64,000 nucleotides of DNA from Mustelus asterias (GCF_964213995.1 NW_027590338.1:372001-436000), one strand, 5' to 3'. Positions 46,925 through 60,816 are shown, counted from the first letter of the stretch. Numbers and translations: made by a program. The notes: generated by a model from the letters alone, not told the origin.

Positions 46925-49598
46925 GCCTCTCATACTGAATATGATCAGGGATAGTGTCACAGCTGTAGAGAAGGTGGAAGCCATGGATGGATTGTCTACG
47001 GAGTCTCTGTGGGTGGAAGTTCGGAGCGGGAAGGGGTCGATAACTTTGCTGGGTGTTTTCTACAGGCCGCCCAATAGTAACAGGGATGTTGAGGAGCAGA
47101 TAGGGAAACAGATCCTGGAGAGATGTAATAATAACAGGGTTGTCGTGATGGGAGACTTTAATTTCCCAAACATCGATTGGAATATCCCTCAGGTAAGGGG
47201 TTTGGATGGGGAGGAGTTTGTTAGGTGTGTTCAGGAGGGTTTCCTGACACAGCATGTGGATAATCCTACAAGAGGAGAGGCTGTACTCGATCTGGTACTG
47301 GCTAATGAGCCTGGACAGGTGTCGGATCTCTCAGTGGGGGAGCATCTTGGGGATAGTGATCATAACTCTATCTCCTTTATGCTAGCAATGGTAAGAGATA
47401 GGATCAGGCAAGCTAGGAAAGTGTTTATCTGGAGTAAGGGGAAATATGAAGCTATCAGGCAGGAGATTAGAGGCGTAAATTGGAAGGAGGTATTCTCGAG
47501 GAAAAGTACCGAAGTAAGGTGGCTGATTTTCAGGGAATGTTTGTCTGGAGTTCTGCATGACAACGTTCCGATGAGACAGGGAGGTTTTGGTAGGTTACGG
47601 GAACCGTGGTGCATGAAAGCTGCGCTGAATCTAGTCAAAAAGAAAAGGAAAGCATACAAAAGGTTCAGAGAGCTAGGCGATGATAGGGATCTAGATGAGT
47701 ATACGACTTGTAGGAAGGGACTTAAGAAAGAAATTAGGAGAGCCAGAAGGGGGCACGAGAAGGCCTTGGCAGGTAAGATTAAGGAGAACCCTAAGGCGTT
47801 CTATAAATATGTGAAGAGTAAAAGGATGAGATGTGAAGGAATAGGACCTATAAAATGTGAAGGTGAGAAAGTCTGTACAGAACCGGAAGAAATAGCAGAG
47901 GTGCTTAATGAATATTTTACCTCCGTATTCACGGTGGAAAAAGAACTGGGTGGTTGTACTACAGGATTGAGGCGGACTGAAAAGGTTGAGTATGTGGACA
48001 TTAAGAAAGAGGATGTGTTGGAAATTTTGAATAGCATCAAGATAGATAAGTCGCCGGGTCCGGATGGGATGTACCCCAGGTTACTGTGGGAGGCAAGGGA
48101 AGAGATTGCAGAGCCTCTGGCGATGATCTTTGCGTCATCAATGGAGACGGGAGAGGTTCCGGAGGATTGCGGATGTGGTTCCTATATTCAAGAAAGGGAA
48201 TAGGGATAGCCCAGGAAATTACCGACCGGAGAGTCTAACCTCAGTGGTTGGTAAGTTGATGGAGAAGATCCTGAGGGACTGGATTTATGAACATTGAGAG
48301 AAGTTTAGTATGCTCAAAAGTAGTCAGCACTGTCAAAGGCAAATCGTGCCTTACGAGCCTGGTGGAGTTCTTTGAAAATGTGACTAAACACATTGATGAA
48401 GGAAAAGCGGAAGATGTGGTTTACATGGACTTCAGCAAGGCGTTCGATAAGGTGCCCCATGCAAGACTTCTCGAGAAAGTGAGAGGGCACGGGATCCAAG
48501 GGGCTGTTGCCTTGTGGATCCAGAACTGGCTTGCCTGCAGAAGGCAGAGAGTGGTTGTAGATGGGTCTTTTTCTGAATGGAGATCGGTCACCAGTGGAGT
48601 GCCCCAGGGATCCGTTCTGGGACCCTTGCTGTTTGTCATTTTCATAAATGACCTGGATGAGGAAGTGGAGGGATGGGTTGATAAGTTTGCCGACGACACA
48701 AAGGTTGGTGGTGTTGTGGATAGTTTGGAGGGACGTTCGAAGCTGCAGCGTGACATAGATAGGATGCAAGACTGGGCAGAGAAGTGGCAGATGGACTTCA
48801 ACCCGGATAAATGTGTAGTGGTCCATTTTGACAGGTCAAATGGGATGAAGGAATTTAATATCAAGGGTAAGACTCTTAGCAGTGTAGGGGATCAGAAGGA
48901 CCTTGGGGTCCGGGTCCATAGGACTCTTAAATCGGCCTCGCAGGTAGGGAAGGTGGTTAAGAAGGTGTATGGTATGCTGGCCTTCATCAATCGAGGGATT
49001 GAGTTTAGGAGTCGGGAGATAATGATGCAGCTTTATAAGACCCTCGTCAGACCCCACTTGGAGTACTGTGCTCAGTTCTGGTCGTGTCATTACAGGAGGG
49101 ATGTGGAAATTATTGAAAGGGTGCAGAGAAGATTTACAAGGATGTTGCCTGGATTGGTTGGCATGCCTTATGGGGATAGGTTGAGGGAGCTCGATCTTTT
49201 CTCCTTGAAGAGACGAAGGATGAGAGGTGACCGGATAGAGGTGTACAAGATGTTGAGAGGTATAGATCGGGTGGATTCTCGGAGGCTTTATCCCAGGGCT
49301 GAAATGGCTGCTACGAGAGGACACAGGTTTAAGGTGCTGGGGAGTAGGTACAGAGGAGGTGTCAGGGGTAAGTCTTTCACTCAGAGGGTGGTGGGTGAGT
49401 GGAATCGGCTGCCGTCAGTGGTGGTGGAGGCAAACTCCTCCCTCTCTTTTAAGAGACTTCTGGATGAGTACATGGGACTTAATAGGATTGAGAGTTATAG
49501 GTAAGCCTATATATAAGCCGAGGTAGGGAGGGACATGATCGGTGCAACTTGTGGGCCGAAGGGCCTGTTTATGCTGCATTTTTTCTATGTTCTATGTA
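46925..49598 (+). mobile_element. CR1 LINE with partial endonuclease and RT, frameshifted
   Basis: YRPP, MGDFNFP and DSDH endonuclease motifs in ORF 46758-48203; RT in 48287-49504; tail TTCTATGTTCTATG. Preceded by an opposite-strand CR1 3' fragment at about 46475-46885. Confidence 0.93.
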
Positions 49599-49602
49599 CA
49601 TG

Positions 49603-50243
49603 GGGCGGCACGGTAGCACAGTGGTTAGCAATGCTGCTTCACAGCTCCAGGGACCTGGGTTCGATTCCCGGCTTGGGTCACCGTCTGTGTGTAGTTTGCA
49701 CATTCTCCCCGTGTCTGTGTGGGTTTCCTCCGGGTGCTCCATCCAAAGATGTGTGGGCTAGGTGGATTGGCCATTCTAAATTGCCCCTTAGTGTCCCGGG
49801 ATGCATTGGTTAGAGGGATTAGTGGGTAAATATGTCGCGATATGATTCTATGGCCCATAAACTTCTCTCGGCAGCAAACGTCAGGTGCAGCCTGGGAGTG
49901 GGTGAATCATAGAATCCTACATTGCAGAAAGAGGCCATTCAGCCCATCGAGTTTGTACCGACCACAATCCCACCCAGGCCCGATCCACATATCCCTACAT
50001 ATTTACCCACTAACCCCTCTAACCTATGCATCCCAGGACACTAAGGGGCAATTTAGAATGGCCAATCAACCTAACTCGCACATCTCTGGACTGTGGGAGG
50101 AAACCGGAGCACCCGGAGAAAACCCACGCAGACACGAAGAGAATGTGCAAACTCCACACAGACAGCGACCCGAGCCGGGATTCAAACCCAGGTCCCTGGA
50201 GCAGTGAAGCAGCAGTGCTAACCACTGTGCCACCGTGCCGCCC
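49603..50243. mobile_element. Two V-type SINEs (49603-49850 +, 49908-50243 -)
   Basis: Family head, core and tail as at 31947. Confidence 0.85.
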
Positions 50244-50244
50244 C

Positions 50245-51030
50245 GTGAAGCTGTTTGAAAATCTGATGCTCATTGTTGGTATGCATTTTAACCCGGTGGG
50301 AGCACTAGGACCTGGTGGGAGCAGAAACACAAAGACCCGCCCACTCACGGTTGCGTCACCAATACACCAGCGCATGCGCTCTCCTCCCTGCTCAATCAAG
50401 ATGACGGCCGTTAACCTGAGCTTCGTCTTGGGAAAAAGACCTGAAGCTGCAAACACGGGACCTACGGGCTCATATTCGATGTTTGAGGCCTTCACCAGAT
50501 ATTTAGAAACCCTCTACGTCCATCCGCCGGTTCCATTGCTCCCTCTATGTTTCTGCATCCTTACCGGCTGCTGATGAGACAGAGGAACTTCTCTCCAGTT
50601 GCTGTCACCCACACGTCGAACGACGTTGCTTAGTGCGCATGCGCGCCTCGCCCATGGTGGATCGGGAACTCGTAGTCCCGCCCCCATTCACTCCGATTGG
50701 TTGGAGGACCAGCGGGAAGCTGGTTCTGAAGGGTTTGCGGGAGGCTGGTCCTCCAGCCCTACCCCCTCTTCCTATTGGTCCGGAGCTGCCGTCAATCAGT
50801 CCCCGGGCATTGTGATGTGGAGCATGCGCAGTGTCATTGCTGTCCTTGGCGCTTGTTTGTCCCGGAGAAGCGGAGTCAGCGTTAGGCGGTGGCTGGGAGG
50901 ATTTGGAAACACTTTGTGGATCCGCAAACCCTTCAGAATCATTGTCAGCTCCCTGGTTTGCAGCTGCGGGGCTTCTCCCTCCCTCCCGGGAACAGGCCCA
51001 GGTTAACGGCCCCATCCTGGCTCAGCCACT
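50245..51030. promoter_or_regulatory. Duplicated bidirectional CpG-island promoter (paralog of 24200-25050)
   Basis: Colinear high identity with the first copy, including both GTTAAC donors. Confidence 0.7.
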
Positions 51031-51293
51031 GGAGGAAGGTTCACATCAGAGGATGGGGGAGGGGGACAATAAATAAGAGGTTACACTTTGGCCTCAAATC
51101 AATGAGGACTCTGATCTCTGGGAAGGAAGGAAACCCTGGGAGGTGGGCGGGGAGGATTCACAAACACCCGCTGGAGGCCCCAACACCCCCAATAAGACCC
51201 ATTGGTTTTATTGTCAGTCTGCAGACAGGAGCTGGAGAACTGAACCCAGACAGAGCAGAGGGAGGGAGAAAACTGGGAGTGGAGGAAAGAAAT

Positions 51294-51751
51294 AGAACAT
51301 AGAACATAGAACATTACAGCGCAGAACAGGCCCTTCGGCCCACGATGTTGCACCGACCAGTTAAAAAAAAAACTGTGACCCTCCAACCTAAACCAATTTC
51401 TTTTTGTCCATGAACCTATCTACGGATCTCTTAAACGCCCCCAAACTAGGCGCATTTACTACTGATGCTGGCAGGGCATTCCAATCCCTCACCACCCTCT
51501 GGGTAAAGAACCTACCCCTGACATCGGTTCTATAACTACCCCCCCTCAATTTAAAGCCATGCCCCCTCGTGCTGGATTTCTCCATCAGAGGAAAAAGGCT
51601 ATCACTATCCACCCTATCTAAACCTCTAATCATCTTATATGTTTCAATAAGATCCCCTCTTAGCCGCCGCCTTTCCAGCGAAAACAATCCCAAATCCCTC
51701 AGCCTCTCCTCATAGGATCTCCCCTCCATACCAGGCAACATCCTGGTAAAA
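51294..51751 (-). mobile_element. Very young CR1 3' fragment
   Basis: Almost identical to 17103-17563; absent from the paralogous intron at about 25313. Confidence 0.93.
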
Positions 51752-52273
51752 CTCAATAAAATGGTGAGATGGGTTTGGATTTCAGCCCAGGGAGGAGGGA
51801 GAGTGTGTGGGAAGGGGATTTACAGATTTGGGGGAACAAGAGAGAAAAAAATGTTTTTGAGAAATTAGAATTGTCTGTTCAGAATATCTATCTGGATCGA
51901 CCGTGACAATTTTTGTTAACTCCTTTTACAGGTGAGGTGAGGAAACATCACATAAAAATCAGATTGAGTATCGATTTATTTGGACCTTAATATCCTGAGA
52001 CTTTGAACGTGGAAGGAGAAATGTTTGTCTGTTCTGCCTGGAGGTGAAGATTTCAAACATCAGTGTGACTGGAAAAGCACTGTGACACACACACCCAAGT
52101 GAGAGTGTTCCAGTGAACTGACTGTGGAAAGAGTTTAAACCAGTTACACAGCCTGAAAAAACATCACACCACCTGAAGAAACATCACACCATTCTCATCT
52201 GGGAGAAACTGTACATGTGTTCTGAGGCTTCAACTGATCATCCAAAGTGGATAGACACAAGAACACTGGCACT

Positions 52274-52807
52274 ATGGAGAAACCGTGGAAATGTGAGGAC
52301 TGTGGGAAGGGATTCAATTATCCTTCCCATCTCGAAACTCATCGTCGCAGTCACACAGGAGAGAGACCGTTCATCTGCTGTGTGTGTGGAAAAGGTTTTG
52401 TTCAGTCACAACACCTGCAGTCACACCAACGCTCTCATTCCAATAAGAGACATTTAAAATATTCCAACTGTGAGAAGAGCTTTAAGAGCAAAAAGCACTT
52501 GAAACAACACCAACACACTCACACTGGAGAGAGGCCATTCATCTGCTCTGTGTGTGGGAAGGGATTCACTCAGTCAGCCACCCTGATGAGACACCAGCAG
52601 ACTCACACGGGAAAAAGGCCGTTCACCTGCTCAGTGTGTGGGAAAGGATTCATTCAGTCATCCACCCTGCTGAGGCATCAGCGAGTTCACATTGGGGAGA
52701 GGCCGTTCCCTTGCTCCAAGTATGGGAAGGAATTCACTCGGTTAGACACTCTCAGTTTGCATCAACATGTTCACACTGAAAAATTACTTTTTGAACATTA
52801 TGAATGA
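52274..52807 (+). CDS. C2H2 zinc-finger protein, paralog of 25831-26364 with two Cys-to-Tyr finger losses
   Basis: Same length and stop. Fingers 3 (KYSNC) and 6 (CSKY) have each lost a zinc ligand. Confidence 0.75.
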   Translation: MEKPWKCEDCGKGFNYPSHLETHRRSHTGERPFICCVCGKGFVQSQHLQSHQRSHSNKRHLKYSNCEKSFKSKKHLKQHQHTHTGERPFICSVCGKGFTQSATLMRHQQTHTGKRPFTCSVCGKGFIQSSTLLRHQRVHIGERPFPCSKYGKEFTRLDTLSLHQHVHTEKLLFEHYE

Positions 52808-53092
52808 GAGAAGAGTGAGTTGCAGACACACCAATGCATTCGTGTTGAAGAGTGGATGCTCACCTGCTCTGTCTGTGGGAAGGGACTTATTCAGTCACAA
52901 CACCTATTGAGACATCAGTAAGTTTTTGTGCAAGGGTGGGATTCTGTCAATCACTTCCATTGTGTGTTTCTGCTCATGTTAAACTCCAACCCTGTTATAG
53001 GAGTTATTGATATTCTAGATAAATGTCACGTTAAGCACAGGTTAAAGAGATGTGTATTGTCTCCAGACAGGACAGTTCGTGAGATTTTGCAA

Positions 53093-53828
53093 GCCCAGGC
53101 AAGTCGTGGGGGTTACAGATAATGTGACATGAACCCAAGATCCCGGTTGAGGCCGTCCTCATGTGTGCGGAACTTGGCTATCAGTGCAGAGCAGAGACTG
53201 ATATCCAAGTTCCGCACACATGAGGACAGCCTCAACCGGGATCTTGGGTTCATGTCACATTATCTGTAACCCCCCACGACTTGCCTGGGCCTTGAAGACT
53301 TGATTACCTATAAAGATTCACATTCCAACCATTATTCTGTAAATTGAGTTTGTGTCTTTATATGCCCTTAGAGCTTAGAAACCCTACAGTGCAGAAGGAG
53401 GCCATTCGGCCTATCGAGTCTGCACCGACCACAATCCCACCCAGGCCCTACCCCCACATATTTGACCCGCTAGTCCCTCTAACCTACGCATCTCAGGACT
53501 CTAAGGGGCAATTTTTAACCTGGCCAATCAACCTAACCCGCACATCTTTGGACTGTGGGAGGAAACCGGAGCACCCGGAGGAAACCCACGCAGACACGAG
53601 GAGAATGTGCAAACTCCTCACAGACAGTGACCCAAGCCGGGAATCGAACCCAGGACCCTGGAGCTGTGAAGCAGCAGTGCTAACCACTGAAATTTGTGCT
53701 AACCACTGAGCCCTGTTTGTGAACAGAACTCCCACTTGCCTGACGAAGGAGCAGCGCTCCGAAAGCGAGTGGATTTTGCTACCAAATAAACCTGTTGGAC
53801 TTTCACCTGGTGTTGTGAGACTTCTTGC
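53093..53828 (+). mobile_element. Penelope-like 3' end with inverted 5' arm, interrupted by a SINE (~53370-53690 -)
   Basis: About 94-bp inverted repeat (53093-53186 and 53197-53290). The plus arm reads AEQRLISKFRTHEDSLNRDLGFMSHYL* (GIY-YIG C-terminus-like). Mutated hammerhead at about 53735-53772, then the family tail. Confidence 0.75.
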
Positions 53829-53994
53829 TTTCTTTTCTCTCTGAACAGACACTGTCAGACCTGCTGAGATTTTCAGCATTTTGTGTTTTTGTTTCAGATT
53901 CCAGCATCCGCAGTATTTTGCTTTTATCAATTTATATTTAATGACTTCATTACTGATTTTAAATATCCGGAAATATTCACTTTTCTTTGGTTGA

Positions 53995-54410
53995 AGTCGC
54001 TGCCGGGGTGAAGCCGGAAGCGGCAGACTGAGATTCCGGAACAATGAGAGTGGGCGGGGCTGGAGGACCGTGCGGGAGCGGCTGGTCCTCCAACCAATCG
54101 GAGTGAATGAGGGGCGGGGTCGTAGTCTGACTGACGGTGCCCGCTGCGCAGGCGTGGAGTGGATGTTGCAGCCGAATGGAGGCAGTGTTGTGGTGTTTGT
54201 GAGGAGACATGAGCTCCGGACAGGAGAGGAACAGAGCCGGTGAGTGGACTGGGAAGTTTCATAAACACCTTCTGGAGGATTCACAATCCGAATAAGAAGG
54301 TATCAGTTCTACGTTGTCAGTAAGAGACGCTGCGAGTTTTTTAATGACAGACCCAGAACACGGCCGCCATCTTGGTGGCAGCAATGCGCATGCGCAGTGA
54401 CCCTGTCTCT
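53995..54410 (+). promoter_or_regulatory. CpG-island promoter / first exon, probably of the 56068 ZNF gene
   Basis: ETS CCGGAAG, GC boxes, CCAAT, donor CCG|GTGAGT at 54240, YY1 GCCGCCATCTT, NRF1 TGCGCATGCGCA. A second family donor CAG|GTTAAC lies at about 55305. Confidence 0.6.
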
Positions 54411-56067
54411 GGAAGGTGAGAATCATGGGTGGACTTCAGGACTGAAGAGAGGTAGAAATGTCACGGCTGTTATATTGTTGGAGAGGGTGGAGCAAAATAG
54501 AAGGTCAGTGAAAGTAGATCAGGAGAGATTTAACAAATATGTCATGGACATAAGACAATGGAAGTGCTAATGGTAGTGTTAAAGACTAAGGCAGTCTTAA
54601 TAGTGGTGTAAAGGTCAGTTTGCAGACTGTGTTCATCACCGAATAAAGGTCAATGTTCTCTGAAAACAAAACATGCGAAGACGTTAGAGACTGGTGCTTG
54701 GGCGGGGGGAAGGGAGGAGGTTGAAAAATTATATGTCAAAATGGATTCCCTCTAGGGCAAGAGGTATGGCCTTCCTTGGGTAAGGAGACCAAAATTGCAC
54801 ACACTACTCTAGGTGAGGATTTACCATTGCACTGTAAAATTGTAGTCAGACTTTTTTACTTAATTCCGTATGCACTTAGGAAATATGAGTATGATCAAAC
54901 AAGTAGCATGGTATTACAAAAGCAAAATTGTGCTTGATAAATTCCTTGAGGTTTTTTGAGGCTGTGACTCATCGGGTGGATGAAGGGCGACCAGTAGGTG
55001 TTGTGTACTTGGATTTCCAAAAGACATGAGACAAAAGGCAGCTGAAGGTCCCCTGTCAATAACTCCAGGCGCCAAGTGCACCAAAGTGGGGTGGCACTGT
55101 GCTCTGAGCATGCTCAGTGAGGTTGGTGGAGGTGAACTGAGGAGGAACAAGTGGCTCAGATAGTAGGAGCAGATTTTGGTGCAGGGGAGGAATTGGAGCT
55201 GTGGGTTGGCTGGGAAGTTTCAGAAACACGTGATATATGGAACTCGCAATAAGAATATCAAATTCCTGAGTTTACAGCGCTGGGGCTTTATGGGGACAGG
55301 CCCAGGTTAACAGTTGCCATCCTGGTTTGATGAGTGGCAGAGCGCATGCACAACTTTCTTGGTGTGGGAGTAGAGAGTGGGTGGGACTTCATGGTCCCAG
55401 TGATCAGAGAGATAATTATTCACTCATTGATTTTATTCTCATTCTTCACTCAGCAGCTGGAGAATTGAACCCAGGCAGAATAAAGGAAAGGAGAAAACTG
55501 GGAGGAGAAAGGAAATGATGGAGATTGCACTGAAATCCAGTGAATCACATTGGGAGGAGGGACAGTTTGTGGAATGTGATTTACTTTGTGAGTTGTGTCA
55601 GCAACTTGGAGAACAAGAGAGGAAAAAATATTCCAAAGAAAGTAGAGTTGTCAGTTTTGCATTTATGCCTGCACTTTCAGTGAATCATTTGTGTAATCTC
55701 CTTTTACAGGGCATTCACACTGGAGAATTTTCAGACAGGAAATCCAAACCAAACATCACATTGAGATCTGACAGAGTCACTCGATTCATCAGGACCTGAA
55801 TATCTTCGGCCTTTGAATATGGATGGAGAAATGTTTTTCTGTTCTATCTGTGGGAAAAGATTTCAAACATCAGTGTGACTGGAAAAGCACCGACACAGAC
55901 ACACCCGAGTGAGAGTGTTCCAGTGAACTGACTGTGAAAAGAGCTTTAACCAGTTACACAGTCTGAAAAAAAATCACACCATTCACAGCGAGGAGAAACG
56001 ATACATGTGTTCTGTGTGTGGATGAGGCCTCAGCTGATCATCCAACCTGGAGAGACACCAGGGCACC

Positions 56068-56826
56068 ATGGAGAAACCGTGGAAATGTGGGGACTGTGGG
56101 AAGGGGTTTAGTTGTCCATCCCACCTAGAAACTCATCGACGCAGTCACACTGGGGAGAGGCCGTTCATCTGCTCCAACTGTGGGAAGGGATTCACTCAGC
56201 CATCCAGCCTTGTGTCACACCAACGAATTCACACTGAGGAGAAACCTTTCAAATGCTTTGACTGTGGGAAAAGCTTTAGGAGCTCTGGGTGTTTAATTCA
56301 ACATCAGGGACTTCACACAGGAGAGAGACCGTTCATCTGCTCCATGTGTGGGAAGAGATTTGCGTCTTCATCGCAACATTCAAAACACCTCCGAGTGCAC
56401 ACGGGGGAAAGACCGTTCACCTGTTCTGAGTGTGGGAAGAGATTCTGGTGTTCATCCAACTTCACTGAACATCTCCGTGTGCACACAGGAGAGAGACCAT
56501 TCACATGCTCTGAGTGTGGGAAGGGATTCACTTGTTCATCCCACCTTGCTGAACACAATCGTGTTCACAGTGGAGAGAAACCATTTGTCTGTTCCACATG
56601 TGGGAAAGGATTCACTACGTCATCCCAGCATCTGACACACCAGCAGGTTCACACTGGGGAGAGACCGTTCAGCTGCTCCACGTGTGGGAAGAAATTTAGT
56701 CGTTCATCCACCCTGCAGAGACACCAGCGGGTTCACACTGGGGAGAGACCGTTCTCCTGCTCCGAGTGTGGGAAGGGACTCACTCAGTCATCCCACCTGC
56801 TGAGACATCAGCAAATTCACAAGTGA
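56068..56826 (+). CDS. C2H2 zinc-finger protein, 9 fingers
   Basis: Kozak ACCATGG, MEKPWKC start, nine canonical fingers, HK* end; acceptor CTCCTTTTACAG ending at 55709. Confidence 0.9.
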   Translation: MEKPWKCGDCGKGFSCPSHLETHRRSHTGERPFICSNCGKGFTQPSSLVSHQRIHTEEKPFKCFDCGKSFRSSGCLIQHQGLHTGERPFICSMCGKRFASSSQHSKHLRVHTGERPFTCSECGKRFWCSSNFTEHLRVHTGERPFTCSECGKGFTCSSHLAEHNRVHSGEKPFVCSTCGKGFTTSSQHLTHQQVHTGERPFSCSTCGKKFSRSSTLQRHQRVHTGERPFSCSECGKGLTQSSHLLRHQQIHK

Positions 56827-56869
56827 TTACAGGGGTTGGATTCTGCTGTTAATCACCAATAAGAGACAC

Positions 56870-57720
56870 TCTAACTACCGGCCCTTGACATTCAATGGTG
56901 TTACCATCACTGATTTCCTCACTGTCAACATCCTTGGGGTTACCATTGACCAGAAACTCGCCACATAAACACAATGACTATAAGAGCAGGTCAGAAGCGA
57001 GTAACTCACCTCCTGACTCCCCAAAGTCTGTCCACCATCTACAAGTCAGGAGCGCGATGGAATACTCCCCACTTGCCTGGATGGGTGCAGCTCCAACAAC
57101 ACTCAAGAAACTCAACACCATCCAGGACAAAGCAGCCCGCTTGATTGGCACCACATCTACCAACATCCACTCTCTCCACCACTGATGCTCAGTAGCTGTA
57201 GTGTGTACTATCTACAAGATGCACTGCAGCAATTCACCAAAGATCCTTCGACAGCACCTTCAAAACCCACGACTACTTCCATCTAGAAGGACAAGGGCAG
57301 CAGATACATGGGAACACCACCACCTGCAAGTTCCCCTCCCAGTCACTCACCATTCTGACTTGGAAATATAATCGCCATTCCTTCGCAGTCACTGGGTCAA
57401 AACCCTGGAATTCCCTCCCGAACGGCATTGTGGGTCAACCCACAATAGGTGGATTGGCTATGCTAAATTCCCCCTTAGTGTCAAGGGGATTAGCAGGGTT
57501 ATGGGAATAGGGCCTGGGTGGGATTGCTGTCGGAACAGACACGATGGGCCGAATGGCCGCCTTCTGTATTGTAGGAATTCTATGATTCTATGAATCCATA
57601 GCATGTGGACTGCAGTGATTCAAGAAGGCAGCGCAGCTCCACCTTCTCAAGGCAAATACGAATTGGGCAATAAATGCTGCCCAGCCAGCGACGTCCATGT
57701 GCCACGAATGAATTTTTAAA
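56870..57720 (+). mobile_element. 3' fragment of a second LINE family (L2/CR1-group), inserted in the ZNF 3' UTR, with a nested SINE tail
   Basis: Reads ..QVRSAMEYSPLAWMGAAPTTLKKLNTIQDKAARLIG..; tail matches the Deu-like SINEs. The ZNF 3' UTR motif CCAGGACTGAAC resumes at about 57728. Confidence 0.75.
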
Positions 57721-57859
57721 ATCAGACCCAGGACTGAACTATGTTCAATCTGACTGAATTCTGAGTTTCTGAACATTGGGTTTGGTGTCCAATGAATCAC
57801 TTTTGTTTCCATCATTTTATCCCAACTCCTTGATTTCTCCAAGATGAGAGGAGACTAAT

Positions 57860-58535
57860 TCATCTCCTGTTACTGGGATAGAAAGCTGACAAATCCCCTG
57901 GATCATACGGTATGCATTCCAGGATCTGGGAAGAGGTGACTGCACTGATACTCGAAGCACTGCCAGTGATTTTCCAAAATTCTCTAGATTCTGCAGTGGT
58001 ACCAATGGATTGGAAAGTGGAAAATGTAATCCCAATAATAAGAAAAGCCGGAGAAAGGAAACAGGGAATGACAGGCTATTTAGCCTGACATCAGTCATCA
58101 GGAAAATATTGGCATCTATCATGAAGGAAGTGGTAAAAATGCAATTAGAAAAGTAGAACATGATTGGACAAAGTCAACATTGGTTTATGAAAGAACTTGA
58201 CAAATCTAGTAGAATTTGTTGAGGATGTAACTAAAAGGTTAGATAAAGGGGAACCAGGAAATGTTGTATGATTGAATTTCTAAAAGCCATTTCATAAGAT
58301 GCCATACACAAGATTGTTGCACAGGATAAGGGCTCATGTCATTGGGGGTGAAATATTAGCATTGGTAAAGGAGTTGTTAAAGGACAAAGAGAAGGGATTG
58401 ATGTGTCATTTTCAGGTCGGCAGGCTCTTATTATGGGGACAGCACAAGAAGAAGGATAGGAGTTTATTAACAATCCATATTCATGACTTATTTCAAGAGA
58501 CCAAGTCCAATGTATTCAAGTTTCCCGATGGGGGA
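57860..58535 (+). mobile_element. Old degenerate CR1 RT fragment
   Basis: Recognisable KSPG, DWKVENVIP, SLTS and LLHRIRAH remnants with many stops. Confidence 0.7.
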
Positions 58536-59819
58536 CTGTCTCAGGGCAAACAACATCAAAGTGGTCAGTACAAATGACACACAAAATATATCCTTACAAA
58601 CTTCTGCACTGCGGACCACCTCTCTGGAGAAAACACTGTGGCAACCGGCACAGGTGGAGGCAGCACTGAAATTTGGTTCAGTTTCAAGGACCATCATCAC
58701 CAAACTCTGAACATCTGAGGTGTCCAGAGGAGGATCAGAAGTGGAGTGTGGCAGAGCAAGACCAGAGGTGGAACAGCAGCAGAGGAAGACCAAAGGTAGT
58801 TTGGCTGCAGAGTTCACCCCCCGCCCCCACCCCGCGCCCCGAGCACTATAAAACAACATCATAAACTGCCAGTTCTACGGATATCCATGTTGATCCCACA
58901 TCTGACTCCCCGTCAGTAGAGGATCCACAGAAAACAATAAAATCATTGACAGTTTCGACACACTCGAACCAGGAGGAGTCTACCCCAACATTCTCCCTGT
59001 TCTCTGAATGGGGTAACTATACACTGTAGTTAATACAGTCAGTAAAAGACAATCTATTGTTGGGAGCTTGATTATCTGGTGTCTGAAACCACAAGATTCA
59101 ATATTTAGAGTCAACAAGATGAACAAGGAAACAGATCAGGGCCCAATACTCCAGCTGGATATTCACAGGAGAAAGTCTGTTATCTAACACCTCGAGTGGA
59201 CAGAACAGAGAAAGATCCCAACTGTAAGAAATCCTCCAACTATTTGTGAATATCTTTCAAATGCTGACAGGTTTCAATTCACAGCTTCCATTATGCTGAA
59301 TCAATGGAAGCTGAGAGAGCGGTTATCCTGGAACTATTAAAAAAACTAACTAGAGTACTCAGCATCTCAAAGGGACTGCAGAGTATTTCAAACTGTGTCG
59401 TCATGCTGTAGTTCGTGACCTTGATTTGCAGAGATAGAATTCGGACTGGATATTTTGGAATGTTGTAGAGACATTGATCTAACAATAGAATCGTGAAATA
59501 ACAGCTCATGAGGAGACACATCATGTTAATGCCAGCTTATTTTCAAAGAATTATGCAATTATTCCCAATATTGTTCCCCTTCATAAAAACACGCATATTC
59601 CTCCTTTCAAATGATTGTTCAATTCTCTTTTTGAAAAATCTGAGTTAACAAAAAACAACATCGGAAGAGTTGCAGGAGCCTCTGCAGTATTCATGGACAT
59701 TTTTAAAATTAACAAGTTTCCTTGACCCAATAACATGAAGAGTCAGGTGGGAATTTTCTCCCAAAAATTTTGGAAGAAAAACTATTCAATTATGTAGTTG
59801 ATTTCGTACCATTTCAAGG

Positions 59820-60110
59820 ATCATAGAACCCTACAGAGCAGAAGAAGCCCATTCAGCCCATCGAGTCTGCACTGACCGCAATCCCTCCCAGACCCTATCA
59901 CCATAACCCCATGCATTTGCCCGAGCTAGTCCCCCTGGCAATTTTTAGCATAGCCAATCCACCTAACCCGCACATCTTTGGATTGTGGGAGGAAACCCAT
60001 GCAGATACGGGGAGAATGTACAGACTCCACACAGACCGTGACCCAAGCCAGGAATCGAACCCGGGTCCCAGGCGCTGTGAGACAGCAGTGCTAGCCACCC
60101 TGCCGCCCCT
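59820..60110 (-). mobile_element. V-type tRNA SINE
   Basis: Reverse-complement head, core and tail. Confidence 0.8.
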
Positions 60111-60639
60111 CAATGTTGGCCTTGGAAACAGGGCAGTGCTGACCCAGCAGAATGTCAGTTCTGGAATGTAAGTGGTCAGTTACCCTATTGACAGCAACAG
60201 AGCCACACCAGAAAGAGACCATTCAGGTACATTATGTGTGCAAATGGATTTATTCAGTTTCGCCTCCTATTAACGTACAAGCTTTAAAAGTTCAAAGGAA
60301 TTGATCAACCATGAGTTCATTCTTATTGTCAAGTCCGTGTGTGTATGTGTGTGGATGGTAAATCATCAGTTCGTTACACCTGCTAACACTCCAAGGAGTT
60401 CATCTTCAGGTGTCGATGTTTGTTCTGCTATTAATTAAACTCAGGACAGAACTGTGGTGCCTGTTGACATTAGCTGCTGTATTAGTTATTTTCATTTTAT
60501 ACCTTGGTGCTTTGGCTTCAGTCGTAATTGAATCACAAAACATGGTTATTTTTTATGCAATAACATACTTCAATGGTGGTTATATTACCCAGCATTCACA
60601 GTGAATCAGAATATGATCTATCCTGACAACAGACTTTGA

Positions 60640-60800
60640 GCCGGCGTACTGGCGGGTTCCGAGCATGCGTACTGCAGATCCGAAGTGCATGCGCAGTGGA
60701 TGTTGCTGCTGCAGCAACAAGGTGGTTATATCGGCTCCATGTTTCCCCCGCCATCTTGTCCGCGGAGCGGCTTCCGGTTCGCGCAAACCGCCCTTTCTGG
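60640..60800 (+). promoter_or_regulatory. CpG-rich promoter upstream of the RPS12 retrocopy
   Basis: NRF1-like TGCATGCGCA, YY1 CCGCCATCTT, ETS CTTCCGG and pyrimidine tract CCCTTTCT. Confidence 0.55.
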
Positions 60801-60816
60801 GACAAGAAGCAGCACG

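Noticed and set aside
58540-58870. Short ORFs after the old CR1 fragment
   Set aside because: No recognisable motif, splice context or repeat identity.
60685-60816. 44-aa N-terminal extension of RPS12 in the ORF track
   Set aside because: It runs through promoter-like CpG sequence; homology and Kozak context (ACGATGG) place the start at 60817.
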